A stretch of DNA of 64,000 nt from an uncultured Acidobacteriota bacterium (GTDB taxonomy: Bacteria; Acidobacteriota; Terriglobia; UBA7540). Positions within the stretch are counted from its first letter, which is position 1, and each line of letters begins with the position of its first letter. A program made the translations under genes and the position numbers. Location: NCBI GenBank assembly GCA_963804995.1, contig CAWDSK010000005.1, positions 256,001 through 320,000 of the forward strand. Reading direction: 5' to 3'. The notes beneath the pieces were generated by a model. The model was given only the letters and a program-made list of their open reading frames with translations, was not told the DNA's origin and did not search any database. This document shows positions 55,246-63,894 of this stretch, in pieces.

Positions 55246-55764
55246 ATGACAACCTTACGGAATTCCTTGGTTCTTTCTTTCTCGATCGCGGTCCTGATCG
55301 TGCTGATGGCGCTTCCGACCTGGCGCCCGCCGCAGGTGAGGGCTGATTCCTACAGCTCGCATCGCTTCCCGGCGTTCGGGTACATTCTGGACAATCCCAT
55401 CCTGACAATTGCCGGGGCGACCACGACGACCAGCCCCACATCTACCACCGGCTCGACGACGGCGCACCTGACCTGGGTCTTCGGGACGGTATCCGGCACC
55501 TACACGACTTGCACGGTGCAGGCAAGAACCAGCTTCGACGGTGTCACTTGGCTGAATCTCGGGAGCGCGGCTTCGGTAACCGTCACCAGCAATGCCGTCA
55601 ACGCCTGGGATATCTATCAACAGGCGCCCGTAACTACCGGCGTGACCACCACTACGGTCAGTAACTCCGCGGCGGCGGGATTCGGCCAGTTGAGCGAGTA
55701 CACCTTCGCCTGCTCCGCCTACGGAACCAGCGCGCCGGTCACGATCACGGCGATCTATAAGTGA
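55246..55764 (+). CDS. Thr-rich beta protein with a signal peptide (head module, unknown function)
   Basis: GGAGAGG RBS; hydrophobic N-terminus ending VRA-DS; TVQARTSFDGVTWLNLG. Confidence 0.7.
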   Translation: MTTLRNSLVLSFSIAVLIVLMALPTWRPPQVRADSYSSHRFPAFGYILDNPILTIAGATTTTSPTSTTGSTTAHLTWVFGTVSGTYTTCTVQARTSFDGVTWLNLGSAASVTVTSNAVNAWDIYQQAPVTTGVTTTTVSNSAAAGFGQLSEYTFACSAYGTSAPVTITAIYK

Positions 55765-55845
55765 AGCCGACAGTTGACAGCGCACTGTTCATCGTCGGCT
55801 GTTAGCTGAGAGCGGTAAGCCCAATAAAAACGATAAGGAGCACAC

Positions 55846-56856
55846 ATGACAAAGTTCAAGGCAAGTCTGCTGATAACACTTCTGTTTACGGTCTTGGGTT
55901 CATTGCCTTCCAGCCTTTTTGGCCAAGGATCGGCTGGGCCAGTCTTGGGCGGCACCAACTACTCAAGCCTCGAGGGGAGTTTTGGCATCCCTAGCGTTTC
56001 CTGGGCTGCGACAGGCCTGACGCTCAACTACACAGCCGGCACCGTCTATCAGAAAGGCGCCGCAAACTCCATTAACTTAGGAAGCCTAACCTTAACGACG
56101 AACATGACCTCCTGTTCTCTCGCGGGGATCCTGGCGGGCTCCTGCAACCTGGTGTACTGGTCAGGATCGGGCAGCGCGCTCGCCTCCACCACGTCCTATC
56201 CGACCGCCGCCGCGAGCGGCAGCACGATTCTCTATTTCTGTACGGCGAACGTCAGCGGCAACATCACCGGCTGCGTCGTCGCAACGGAAGACGTGCTGGG
56301 TGCGATCCCGGCCACTTACAACGATGGCCTGCTCATGGTGCCAGTCACCAATTGCAGCTTTACCCCGGTCACCACAGCATTTACGGGTACACCGGGGCTG
56401 GTGCGATTGGTGGCAAATCAGACCACCTGGAGCGGCACAACCAACACCACGGCCGGAACGATTTACATGAGCTGCGATTTGGGCCTCGAAGGTCGCGTCA
56501 CTCCCGGTTTGGGATTTGTGGTCAAGGATATCGCCGTTCAGTACGGCGTCCAAGGCGTGGCCTTGTCTTCCATTACCACGCCCACGCTCAAGACCAATAC
56601 CTTCCCGGCCTACGGCGGCTCGGCCGGCGACACCCTGGCCGCGGTCGGTGGCACGATTACCAGCAACCCCGGCGTGCTGCAACTGGCCACAACGACTTCG
56701 GGCAACTTCTATAACGCAGACTTTATTTGCGGGACCCCATTCACCCTGACGGATCAAACCAAGGTGAATTTCGAAGTGGCCCTCAACACCCCGGGCACGA
56801 CCGGCCTGACTTTGCAGGTCAGCGGACTGCTAGTGCATGGGAACTGGATTCAGTAG
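55846..56856 (+). CDS. Thr/Gly-rich beta protein with a signal peptide (head module, unknown function)
   Basis: AAGGAG RBS; MTKFKASLLITLLFTVLGSLPSSLFG-Q. Confidence 0.75.
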   Translation: MTKFKASLLITLLFTVLGSLPSSLFGQGSAGPVLGGTNYSSLEGSFGIPSVSWAATGLTLNYTAGTVYQKGAANSINLGSLTLTTNMTSCSLAGILAGSCNLVYWSGSGSALASTTSYPTAAASGSTILYFCTANVSGNITGCVVATEDVLGAIPATYNDGLLMVPVTNCSFTPVTTAFTGTPGLVRLVANQTTWSGTTNTTAGTIYMSCDLGLEGRVTPGLGFVVKDIAVQYGVQGVALSSITTPTLKTNTFPAYGGSAGDTLAAVGGTITSNPGVLQLATTTSGNFYNADFICGTPFTLTDQTKVNFEVALNTPGTTGLTLQVSGLLVHGNWIQ

Positions 56857-56947
56857 ATCGGTAGGGCGTGGATGGCAGGTCGCATACAGGGGGAAACCCC
56901 AGCTACTACCTGCCACGCACCACACAACCTTTTTGGAGAGCGCTACG

Positions 56948-58357
56948 ATGTCAGACGACACAAAGAATTTTCACTTCATCTCCCAGCTTAGTGCGATGCC
57001 GGCCGCGGGCCTGGCGCGCCTTCCGATTCTCGTCACGGGCAGTTGGGTAAAAAACGGGCGGGAGGTTTCCTTCACACTGGATGAGCTGCGCGCTGCAGTC
57101 TCGAACTTCCGGAAACTCGCAAACCACGACATCAACGTTGACTATGACCACGCCTGCGAGGATCTGGAACGAGCTGCTGGCGAGCCTACGCCCAGCGCCG
57201 GGCGCGTCGTGGCACTTCTTGAGCCAGCGCCCTTCGAATCGGGTGATCAGGTGATCGCGAGATCAGGTGAAGAGGAAAGCCGATCACCGGATCACCAGAT
57301 CACCGGATCATCCGATCGTTGGATTCTATATGGCCGCTACGAGCCCACGGACCGCGCCCGCGAACTTATTAAGAACCGGGAATATCGGTATGTTTCAGCG
57401 GCCTTTGCGAAAGACTACCCGGACCGGAAGACCGGTGAGTCCCAGGGCCTGACGCTGACCAGTGTGGCCCTCACCAATCAACCTTTTCTCGACGAACTGC
57501 CGGAAATTTGGCTGGCAACTACAAGTCCGGGGTCCGAAGTTCGGAGTCCGAAATCCCAACCCCGAATTGCAGATCCCGAATCCCTGAACACAGACCGCCG
57601 TCAGGCGGGGAACGGAGGAAGAATTGAAATGGCGAAGCTAACCCTCAGGTGCTCCGCGGACGGCAAACACGAAGCCTACGACGGAGACAACAAGCTCGGT
57701 GAAATCGAACACGACCACCTCTGCCAGTATGCTGCACAGCATTTGGGCATGGCGGCGGGTTCCGAAAAGGACGAAACGGGCGCGCAACTGGCCGCGAATT
57801 TTGCCAGGGAAATCGGCGCAGAAGGCAGATCCCGCGAAGAGATCCGCGGCCTGCTGACGCTCGCGCTCCATCCACTCAAAGCCGAGGTGACACTGCTGTG
57901 CGAAACCATCGGCGCGGACGGCAAGCTCAACAATAGCCGGCTGGACGCGCTCGACGACGGCGGCAAAATCTCCCGCACGGCCTGGCGCCGCGCTAAGGAC
58001 GCCGAGCAGCGCGTGCAGAATGCCTTCCAGCGTGGCCAGATTACTCCGGCCATGATGGCGACGGGCGCGCCGCTGCGTCTGGCGCTTTCCGACGGTGCGG
58101 CCTTCAAATCGCTTATCGAAGACCGTCCGGCCATGGTCAAGCTGAACTCGGTAGTGGGCATCGGCGGCACAGGCACAGAAACTGGTGAGTCGCCGCGTCA
58201 CCTCTTCTCACGCATGGTCGAGGAGAAAAAGCGGCAGCTCATGCAGACGGACAACAGGCTCAGCGAGCTCGAGGCGCACCGCCAGGCGAACGCCCTGGTG
58301 GCCAAGGAAAACCCCGACCTGCTCAAGAACTATCGTGCCGACGCCAAGTCGGCGTGA
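56948..58357 (+). CDS. Mu gpI-like prohead protease / scaffold
   Basis: INVDYDH, SAGRV, TDRARELIKNREYRYVSAAF, LTSVALTNQPFLDEL. Confidence 0.88.
   Translation: MSDDTKNFHFISQLSAMPAAGLARLPILVTGSWVKNGREVSFTLDELRAAVSNFRKLANHDINVDYDHACEDLERAAGEPTPSAGRVVALLEPAPFESGDQVIARSGEEESRSPDHQITGSSDRWILYGRYEPTDRARELIKNREYRYVSAAFAKDYPDRKTGESQGLTLTSVALTNQPFLDELPEIWLATTSPGSEVRSPKSQPRIADPESLNTDRRQAGNGGRIEMAKLTLRCSADGKHEAYDGDNKLGEIEHDHLCQYAAQHLGMAAGSEKDETGAQLAANFAREIGAEGRSREEIRGLLTLALHPLKAEVTLLCETIGADGKLNNSRLDALDDGGKISRTAWRRAKDAEQRVQNAFQRGQITPAMMATGAPLRLALSDGAAFKSLIEDRPAMVKLNSVVGIGGTGTETGESPRHLFSRMVEEKKRQLMQTDNRLSELEAHRQANALVAKENPDLLKNYRADAKSA
57629..58357 (+). CDS. Probable nested scaffolding protein (Mu gpZ-like internal start)
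   Basis: In-frame ATG 57629 preceded by GGAGG at ~57614, just after the protease domain. Confidence 0.55.
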   Translation: MAKLTLRCSADGKHEAYDGDNKLGEIEHDHLCQYAAQHLGMAAGSEKDETGAQLAANFAREIGAEGRSREEIRGLLTLALHPLKAEVTLLCETIGADGKLNNSRLDALDDGGKISRTAWRRAKDAEQRVQNAFQRGQITPAMMATGAPLRLALSDGAAFKSLIEDRPAMVKLNSVVGIGGTGTETGESPRHLFSRMVEEKKRQLMQTDNRLSELEAHRQANALVAKENPDLLKNYRADAKSA

Positions 58358-58531
58358 CGACGGCAGCGCTCAGCAAGGACTAGCCGTCAGCGGCCAGCAT
58401 TGAACTTTGCCTTGCCGCTGATAGCAAATGAAAGAAGTGCTCAACTGGAACCAGCGATCAGCAGTCAGCTAGAGATTTAGCTGAACACTGAAAGCTGAGA
58501 GCTTACAGCTTCATTTTGACAAGGAGGAAAC

Positions 58532-59035
58532 ATGCTTGGAAACCAAGGATTGACAGCGGCCAAGTTCGACACCAATATTCGCGCCTTGCGCGGTACGGTC
58601 ATGGGCTTGCCGGTCACGAATCTCTCAACGGAATCCGATTTCTACGCCGGCCTGCCTTCCGGCTTCAATGTCGTGCCAACGGGTGTTCTGGCTCAGGATG
58701 TGGTTGAGCCCGGCTACCCCCTGACCTCGGAATTGTGGCTCGATCCGAACACGGGCAATCCCATTAACGGCTCCGTGCCTCCGGCGCCTTTCATTTCGCA
58801 AGGCCGCGCCTGGGGATTGATTGTCTTCGCCCCGGAAGCGGAAGTGATCGCGGCGGATACCACCATCCAGGCCGAGGACGACGTGGTCATCGCCGACGCC
58901 TACGGGCGAGTCACGTCGATTCGCAACGTCACAACTGGGAATACTGCCTACGTGGTGGGCAAGGCGAAGTACCCGCCCACCGCGCAAAACCAGAAGATCC
59001 GCATTCAGGTGAATTTGCGGCAAGTGAAGGTCTAA
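58532..59035 (+). CDS. Putative capsid cement/decoration protein (DUF2190-like position)
   Basis: AAGGAGG RBS; GVLAQD...IQAEDDVVIADAYGRV...VGKA; lies between scaffold and capsid. Confidence 0.6.
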   Translation: MLGNQGLTAAKFDTNIRALRGTVMGLPVTNLSTESDFYAGLPSGFNVVPTGVLAQDVVEPGYPLTSELWLDPNTGNPINGSVPPAPFISQGRAWGLIVFAPEAEVIAADTTIQAEDDVVIADAYGRVTSIRNVTTGNTAYVVGKAKYPPTAQNQKIRIQVNLRQVKV

Positions 59036-59243
59036 GAACGCGGGACTGGGGAAACGGGACACGGGAAGAACAAGTCCCGCGCTCCGCGGCCCCTGTTCCG
59101 CGCCCCGGCGTTTCAGCGCCCGCTGTTGAATCCCGCGGCTACGGGACAACGACAGTGCGCGCAATTAGGGATCAACGATTCGTGTAAGGGATTCGGGCCT
59201 TCCCGTGTCCCGAGTCCCGAGTCCCGTATCCCGAGGAAAGAAC

Positions 59244-60185
59244 ATGGAAGTTTCCTTAGCGCATCTTGATCAATTTCTGACCAATTATTCAATCGTGTAC
59301 CGCAACAACGATTTTGTGGCGGGCCGGCTCTTCCCCGACTTCCCGGTCTCGAAACAAAACGATCGCTACCCGATGTTCGGATTCGAACGTTTCAAGGCTT
59401 ACAACACCGAACGCGCCCCGGGCAGCGAGGCCAACGAGATGCCCGGGTGGCGCATGTCGAACGATGAGTATTACTGCGACGGCAAGGCCCAGAAGCAGCT
59501 TATCCCCGACGAACTGCGCGCCAAGTGGGATTTCTCAACGGGACCCGAAGTTTTCACGACCGAGACCCTGGCCGACATCATCGACAAACAACGTGAAATC
59601 CAGGTCTTCAACCTGGTTATGAATTCGGCATCGATCCCCAGCACCACGCTGGCGGGCACGGGCCAGTGGAGTGATTTTCAGAACTCGGATCCCGTGGCTG
59701 CCATTACGGCACAACGCTCCACGATTCTGCTCTCCTGCACCAAGGAGCCGAACACCCTTCTGGTCGGCTACCCCGTCTGGTTGCAGCTCATCCAGCACCC
59801 CATCATTCTTGACCGCTTCAAGAACCACGCCCTGCCGCTCGGCTATCCCACCGATCAGCAGTTGGCCGGGCTCTTCAATGTTGACAACTTTGTGGTTGCC
59901 AAGACGCTGTATGACACTGCCCAACAGGGTATGGCTCACAGCCTCAACTATATCTGGGGCAAGAACGCCGTCCTGGCCTACGTACCGCCGGGACAGGGCC
60001 AGTTGATGATCACCCCGGGCACCACTTTCCGCTGGCTTTATGGCGTTCCTCAGAACGGCGGCATGCTGGTGAAGCGCTATCGGGTGGAGGAGCGCAGCGG
60101 GGACATGATCGAATACCAGACGTACTACTGCGTAAAACTTGTCGTGCCGGGCGCGATGTACGTGTTTAAGAGCGCTGTAGCATAG
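59244..60185 (+). CDS. Major capsid protein
   Basis: LTNYSIVYRN..FVA..LFP, RAPG, QWSD..NSDP, PNTLLVG..VW..L..HP, YIWGKNAVLAY, G.TF. Confidence 0.88.
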   Translation: MEVSLAHLDQFLTNYSIVYRNNDFVAGRLFPDFPVSKQNDRYPMFGFERFKAYNTERAPGSEANEMPGWRMSNDEYYCDGKAQKQLIPDELRAKWDFSTGPEVFTTETLADIIDKQREIQVFNLVMNSASIPSTTLAGTGQWSDFQNSDPVAAITAQRSTILLSCTKEPNTLLVGYPVWLQLIQHPIILDRFKNHALPLGYPTDQQLAGLFNVDNFVVAKTLYDTAQQGMAHSLNYIWGKNAVLAYVPPGQGQLMITPGTTFRWLYGVPQNGGMLVKRYRVEERSGDMIEYQTYYCVKLVVPGAMYVFKSAVA

Positions 60186-60275
60186 CGACGGAAGGAAGTG
60201 AGGAGTGAGAAGCTAGAAGTGAGAATGGTTTGCTTCTAGCTTCTACCTCCTAGCTCCTAGCTTCTGGAGGTTTTG

Positions 60276-60620
60276 ATGCCCAAGTTTCAAGTTCTACAAC
60301 CTATTGAGAAAAACAATGTGATGTACGTTCCCATCGCCAGTAGTGGGCCAAAGCAATTGCCCAGCGCTTGTCATGGGAAGCTCATCCCGGTGGATGCCTC
60401 GGGTGAGATCGAGCTAACCGAAGATGAAGCCAGCATCCTCGTCTACGGCCAAGTTCCCCTGTTCCAGGGCAAGCCGGACCGGATCGGCGGCTCGGAGATC
60501 CGGGAGAAGAAGGCCAAAGAGGATGCGAAGGCGGCCGCCACCAAGGCGGCGGCCGAGAAAGCGGAGTACGAAGAGTTTCAAGCCTTCAAGGCAGCGAAGG
60601 CAGGAAAAAGCAAGAAATAG
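60276..60620 (+). CDS. Hypothetical virion-associated protein
   Basis: GGAGG RBS; IELTEDEA motif; Lys/Ala-rich tail. Confidence 0.65.
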   Translation: MPKFQVLQPIEKNNVMYVPIASSGPKQLPSACHGKLIPVDASGEIELTEDEASILVYGQVPLFQGKPDRIGGSEIREKKAKEDAKAAATKAAAEKAEYEEFQAFKAAKAGKSKK

Positions 60621-60721
60621 GTTGAAAGTCGAGGGTTGAAAGTCGAAAGGTACTTGCCTTCAACTTTTAACATTCACCTTTTGACCTCCGACTAATTGGA
60701 AGTTCTTGAAAGGAGCCAAAA

Positions 60722-61012
60722 ATGGCAGCTTCAGCAACATTCACGACGCTCTTCACCTACCGCTTGGATCGCCGCCAGCTTGTGAGGCGGATCCGGGTGG
60801 ACATCACGGGGCTCGCCAACGGTGCGAACACAATCCCCCACGGAATTGTGGCCCCCAATAATCCGGCGGTGGGCCAAATGCCCAAAGAGGAGATTGTTCT
60901 CCTGACGTCCAACGTGGCCGTACACCGCACCCAGCCGGCCGATGCTACGAATGTGTATTACACAGTCGATTCGGGTGCGGGTACGACGATCTCAGTATAT
61001 GTGACCGTATAG
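60722..61012 (+). CDS. Hypothetical small beta protein
   Basis: AAGGAG RBS, clean ORF within the operon. Confidence 0.65.
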   Translation: MAASATFTTLFTYRLDRRQLVRRIRVDITGLANGANTIPHGIVAPNNPAVGQMPKEEIVLLTSNVAVHRTQPADATNVYYTVDSGAGTTISVYVTV

Positions 61013-61106
61013 GGTGAGCGGCCCTCGCCCATTTGTGATCGCGTGATTGGTGATTTGCGATTTTCAATCACCAATCACCGATCGCCAAATCGCTAATTGA
61101 GGTCTT

Positions 61107-61640
61107 ATGTCCTACACAACTGTAACCAATGTCGCGGCAATGTTCCCCACCTTCACCCGCAACGGGCCGAAGGGACCCTCGGACACGCTCATCCAGACCT
61201 TTATAGATGACGTGGCGGCGGAAATCGATGCGGTCCTACAGCGCCGCTTCCAGGAAGCTTACGCCAGCCTGGGATTCTATGTCTGGCAGGCGGCCTTCAG
61301 CACCGACCAATTGAACCTGTTGGAGAAAATGAACCGTTACGGTGCCTGTGCCCAGCTCGCGGAGGTATTCGAAACTGCCGGGATTGCGTCCGCGTTGCGC
61401 GTCGCGAAGGGTTTTGAGGATAATTTCCAGGAATCGTACAACAAGCTCAACGCTCGCGACCAAGCGGGCAAGCCGCTCCCGCAGGGTGGGGACTTCGATT
61501 ATCTGTTTGATCCGCAGGCCAAAGTCGAAACGCCACGCCCGCAATTGGGTGGCATTGCCGGAGGCGATCAACAACCCAGTGAGACCGATCACGAAGGAAC
61601 GAATGTGAATTTTCGGAAGTGGGACCGGAAAGAATTTTAA
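61107..61640 (+). CDS. Head-tail adaptor (Mu gp36 / gp6-like)
   Basis: MSYTTVTNV...IQTFIDDVAAEIDAVL..R pattern, and position. Confidence 0.7.
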   Translation: MSYTTVTNVAAMFPTFTRNGPKGPSDTLIQTFIDDVAAEIDAVLQRRFQEAYASLGFYVWQAAFSTDQLNLLEKMNRYGACAQLAEVFETAGIASALRVAKGFEDNFQESYNKLNARDQAGKPLPQGGDFDYLFDPQAKVETPRPQLGGIAGGDQQPSETDHEGTNVNFRKWDRKEF

Positions 61641-61728
61641 AGGGTAAAGGATAAAGGGTAAAGGATGAACCTGGCGTCGTTCGCTTTAGCCTTTAACCTT
61701 TACACTTTAACCTTTTGGATAACAAATC

Positions 61729-62301
61729 ATGTCCTGGCAACAAGCTTACCAAGCCCAATTCGCAAAACCGCTGGTCAACCAGCTTATCGCCATCATCCAG
61801 CGTGATCAGGCTGCGGCGCTCGCGATCATCAACACCGCGCGCGCCACTGACGGCAATCAGCCGCTTTACCCTATCGCGGAATTTCACAAGGGTCCCGGTG
61901 CGCGGATGGGCTGGCCCTGGCTCTTCGTGGAGGTCGGCCCCACGAACTTCAATCGCAACAGTGACAAGGCTACCCGGCATCATGAGGTGCGCATCAATTT
62001 GGCGCTCGACACCGGGCAATACGACCAGGAGATGGCCCAGGAAGATGCGCAGGACTACGCGCGCATGCTCGACATGATTATCGCGAGCGCCGGGCCGTGG
62101 CCGTCTCTCGCCGACTGGACGACGGCGTTGCCGATTCAGCATGAGACCGTACAAAGCGGAACCACGGTGCCGAATGCTGGCGGGTCAGTTAGCGATGTCT
62201 TTATTGAATCGCATGTGCCGGCGAAGATCAACGTCCCCGGTGTGGATGCCCCCGTGATGCGCATCACGCTGACGGTACTTTTCGAATTGGAAGAAGTGTA
62301 G
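61729..62301 (+). CDS. Putative tail terminator/completion protein
   Basis: Position before the tail tube; WPWLFVE motif, acidic C-terminus ELEEV. Confidence 0.55.
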   Translation: MSWQQAYQAQFAKPLVNQLIAIIQRDQAAALAIINTARATDGNQPLYPIAEFHKGPGARMGWPWLFVEVGPTNFNRNSDKATRHHEVRINLALDTGQYDQEMAQEDAQDYARMLDMIIASAGPWPSLADWTTALPIQHETVQSGTTVPNAGGSVSDVFIESHVPAKINVPGVDAPVMRITLTVLFELEEV

Positions 62302-62397
62302 AGAAAGAAGCGGTTAGCAAGGACTGGCAGCCAGCGCTCGGCTTAAGGTTTTAGCTGATTGCTGAAAGCTGACAGCAGTCCTTGAAAGGAGCTGAAA

Positions 62398-63186
62398 ATG
62401 CCTCTCGGAACTCCCAGCCCGACCCTGATTCATCAAGGCCCTGGCTGGCTCTATTTGAATGTCTGTGCGCCGGCCACGGGCAAGCGGCACATCATTGTCT
62501 CAGACGGGACGCCCACGCAGCCGGTGTGGTCGGCGTCGCAAGGGGTCACCCCCGGGCAGATGATTGTGGATACCAACGGCAACCTTCAGGAGTGCACAAC
62601 AGGCGGCACAACGGGAAGCCTCGCGCCCGGCACCTGGTGCAACGCAGTTGGCGCCACCACCTCCGATGGTGCGAACGTGATCTGGACTTGCATGGCCGTG
62701 GGCCCGGCTTATCTTTTTGCCGGCGCACTGGAGGGCGCTACCGATCTCGATATCGGAGCTAAGGTGGAAGAAACGACCGCCGACCAGGAAACCCTTCCCA
62801 TCGATGCGGTGATGACCGGCGAAGTGGACTCAGTCGCCGTGACGCTGAAGGAATCCGATTGCGCCAAGTTGCAGCTTTTGGTTCCCCACGGCACGTACGC
62901 CTCAGGCTCTGACAGTGCCTTGCCCACGGGCGCACAGACTTATGAAGAAATCGCCTTTGGCGGCCTCAAGCCTGTGCCCAAGTTCGGAGTGCTGCTCATC
63001 TCGAAGCGCAAGGACCAGAACTCCAAGTTCGTCATCTCCCAAATCTACCGCGCCTATCAAAAGGAGACGGTGAAGCTTCCCTTCCAACGCGGTAAGGAGA
63101 CGACTTTCAAGGTTACCTTCCAAGCCATCGCGGACCAGAACCGTCCAGTTGGCGATCGGGGCGGGAAGGTTTATCGGCAGACGTAG
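62398..63186 (+). CDS. Major tail tube protein (siphovirus type) with an inserted small domain
   Basis: IHQGPGWLY, GALEG, TLKE, IAFGG, FKVTFQA; no sheath gene precedes it. Confidence 0.75.
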   Translation: MPLGTPSPTLIHQGPGWLYLNVCAPATGKRHIIVSDGTPTQPVWSASQGVTPGQMIVDTNGNLQECTTGGTTGSLAPGTWCNAVGATTSDGANVIWTCMAVGPAYLFAGALEGATDLDIGAKVEETTADQETLPIDAVMTGEVDSVAVTLKESDCAKLQLLVPHGTYASGSDSALPTGAQTYEEIAFGGLKPVPKFGVLLISKRKDQNSKFVISQIYRAYQKETVKLPFQRGKETTFKVTFQAIADQNRPVGDRGGKVYRQT

Positions 63187-63250
63187 TGCGCGGAACAACA
63201 GCATCCGTTGTCAATTCCTGATGACTGATAGCTGAGAACTGAGAACCACC

Positions 63251-63833
63251 ATGACTGAAAACGGAATTGCCAAACCCGAAGATTTCAAGCGGGCCGTCGC
63301 AACGCTCAATGTTCGAGCGGGTGATGCTGCCCGCCTCCGGACTCACCGTGCTGCTTTGCCGGCCACCCATTTTCGCGGCGCTGCGGCTGGGCCGCGAAGG
63401 CACGGAACTTCAAGCCAAGATTACGGAAGCCAAGCCGGAGGAGATTAGGCCCGAGGACATCACGGCGTTCTCCGACTGGGTCACGGCAACACTTTCTCGG
63501 CTTTTTGTGCAACCGCGCTTCTCCGGCGCACCCACGTCCGATGAGATCGGCCTGGGCGATATTCTCGTGGAGGATCTGAAATACATATTTCGTTGGCTGA
63601 GGGGCGAGGTCTTTAGTGCAGGGAATAGGGAATCGGGAATGGGGAGTGGGGAAGGTCCCAACTCCCAACTCCCGACTCCCGACTCCCACACTGAAGACCT
63701 CGCGCCCTTTCCTGGCGGACCGCGATCGGCTTCTGTATCTGGCGGAGGTAGCGAAACGCAGCCAGTGCCGGCCCAGCCAGTTGCTGGAACTCAAGGGGAT
63801 GCCGGCCTACTTGCTGGACTGCACCGCGGCTGA
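63251..63833 (+). CDS. Tail assembly chaperone (apparent 1-nt insertion near 63297)
   Basis: MTENGIAKPEDFKRA joins ERVMLPASGLTVLLCRP...LFVQPR...EDLKYIFRW if one base is removed; follows the tail tube. Confidence 0.65.
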
Positions 63834-63894
63834 AATGGTTGTAGCGCGTGACCGAGGCGAGTTTGAGACGGAAGGGAATGTGGTGGAGTGGTGA
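63709..63894 (+). CDS. Frameshift extension of the tail chaperone (GT-like)
   Basis: +1 frame after CCC TTT C gives FLADRDRLLYLAEVAKRSQCRPSQLL...AYLLD; no RBS or start of its own. Confidence 0.55.
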   Translation, partial: FLADRDRLLYLAEVAKRSQCRPSQLLELKGMPAYLLDCTAAEMVVARDRGEFETEGNVVEW

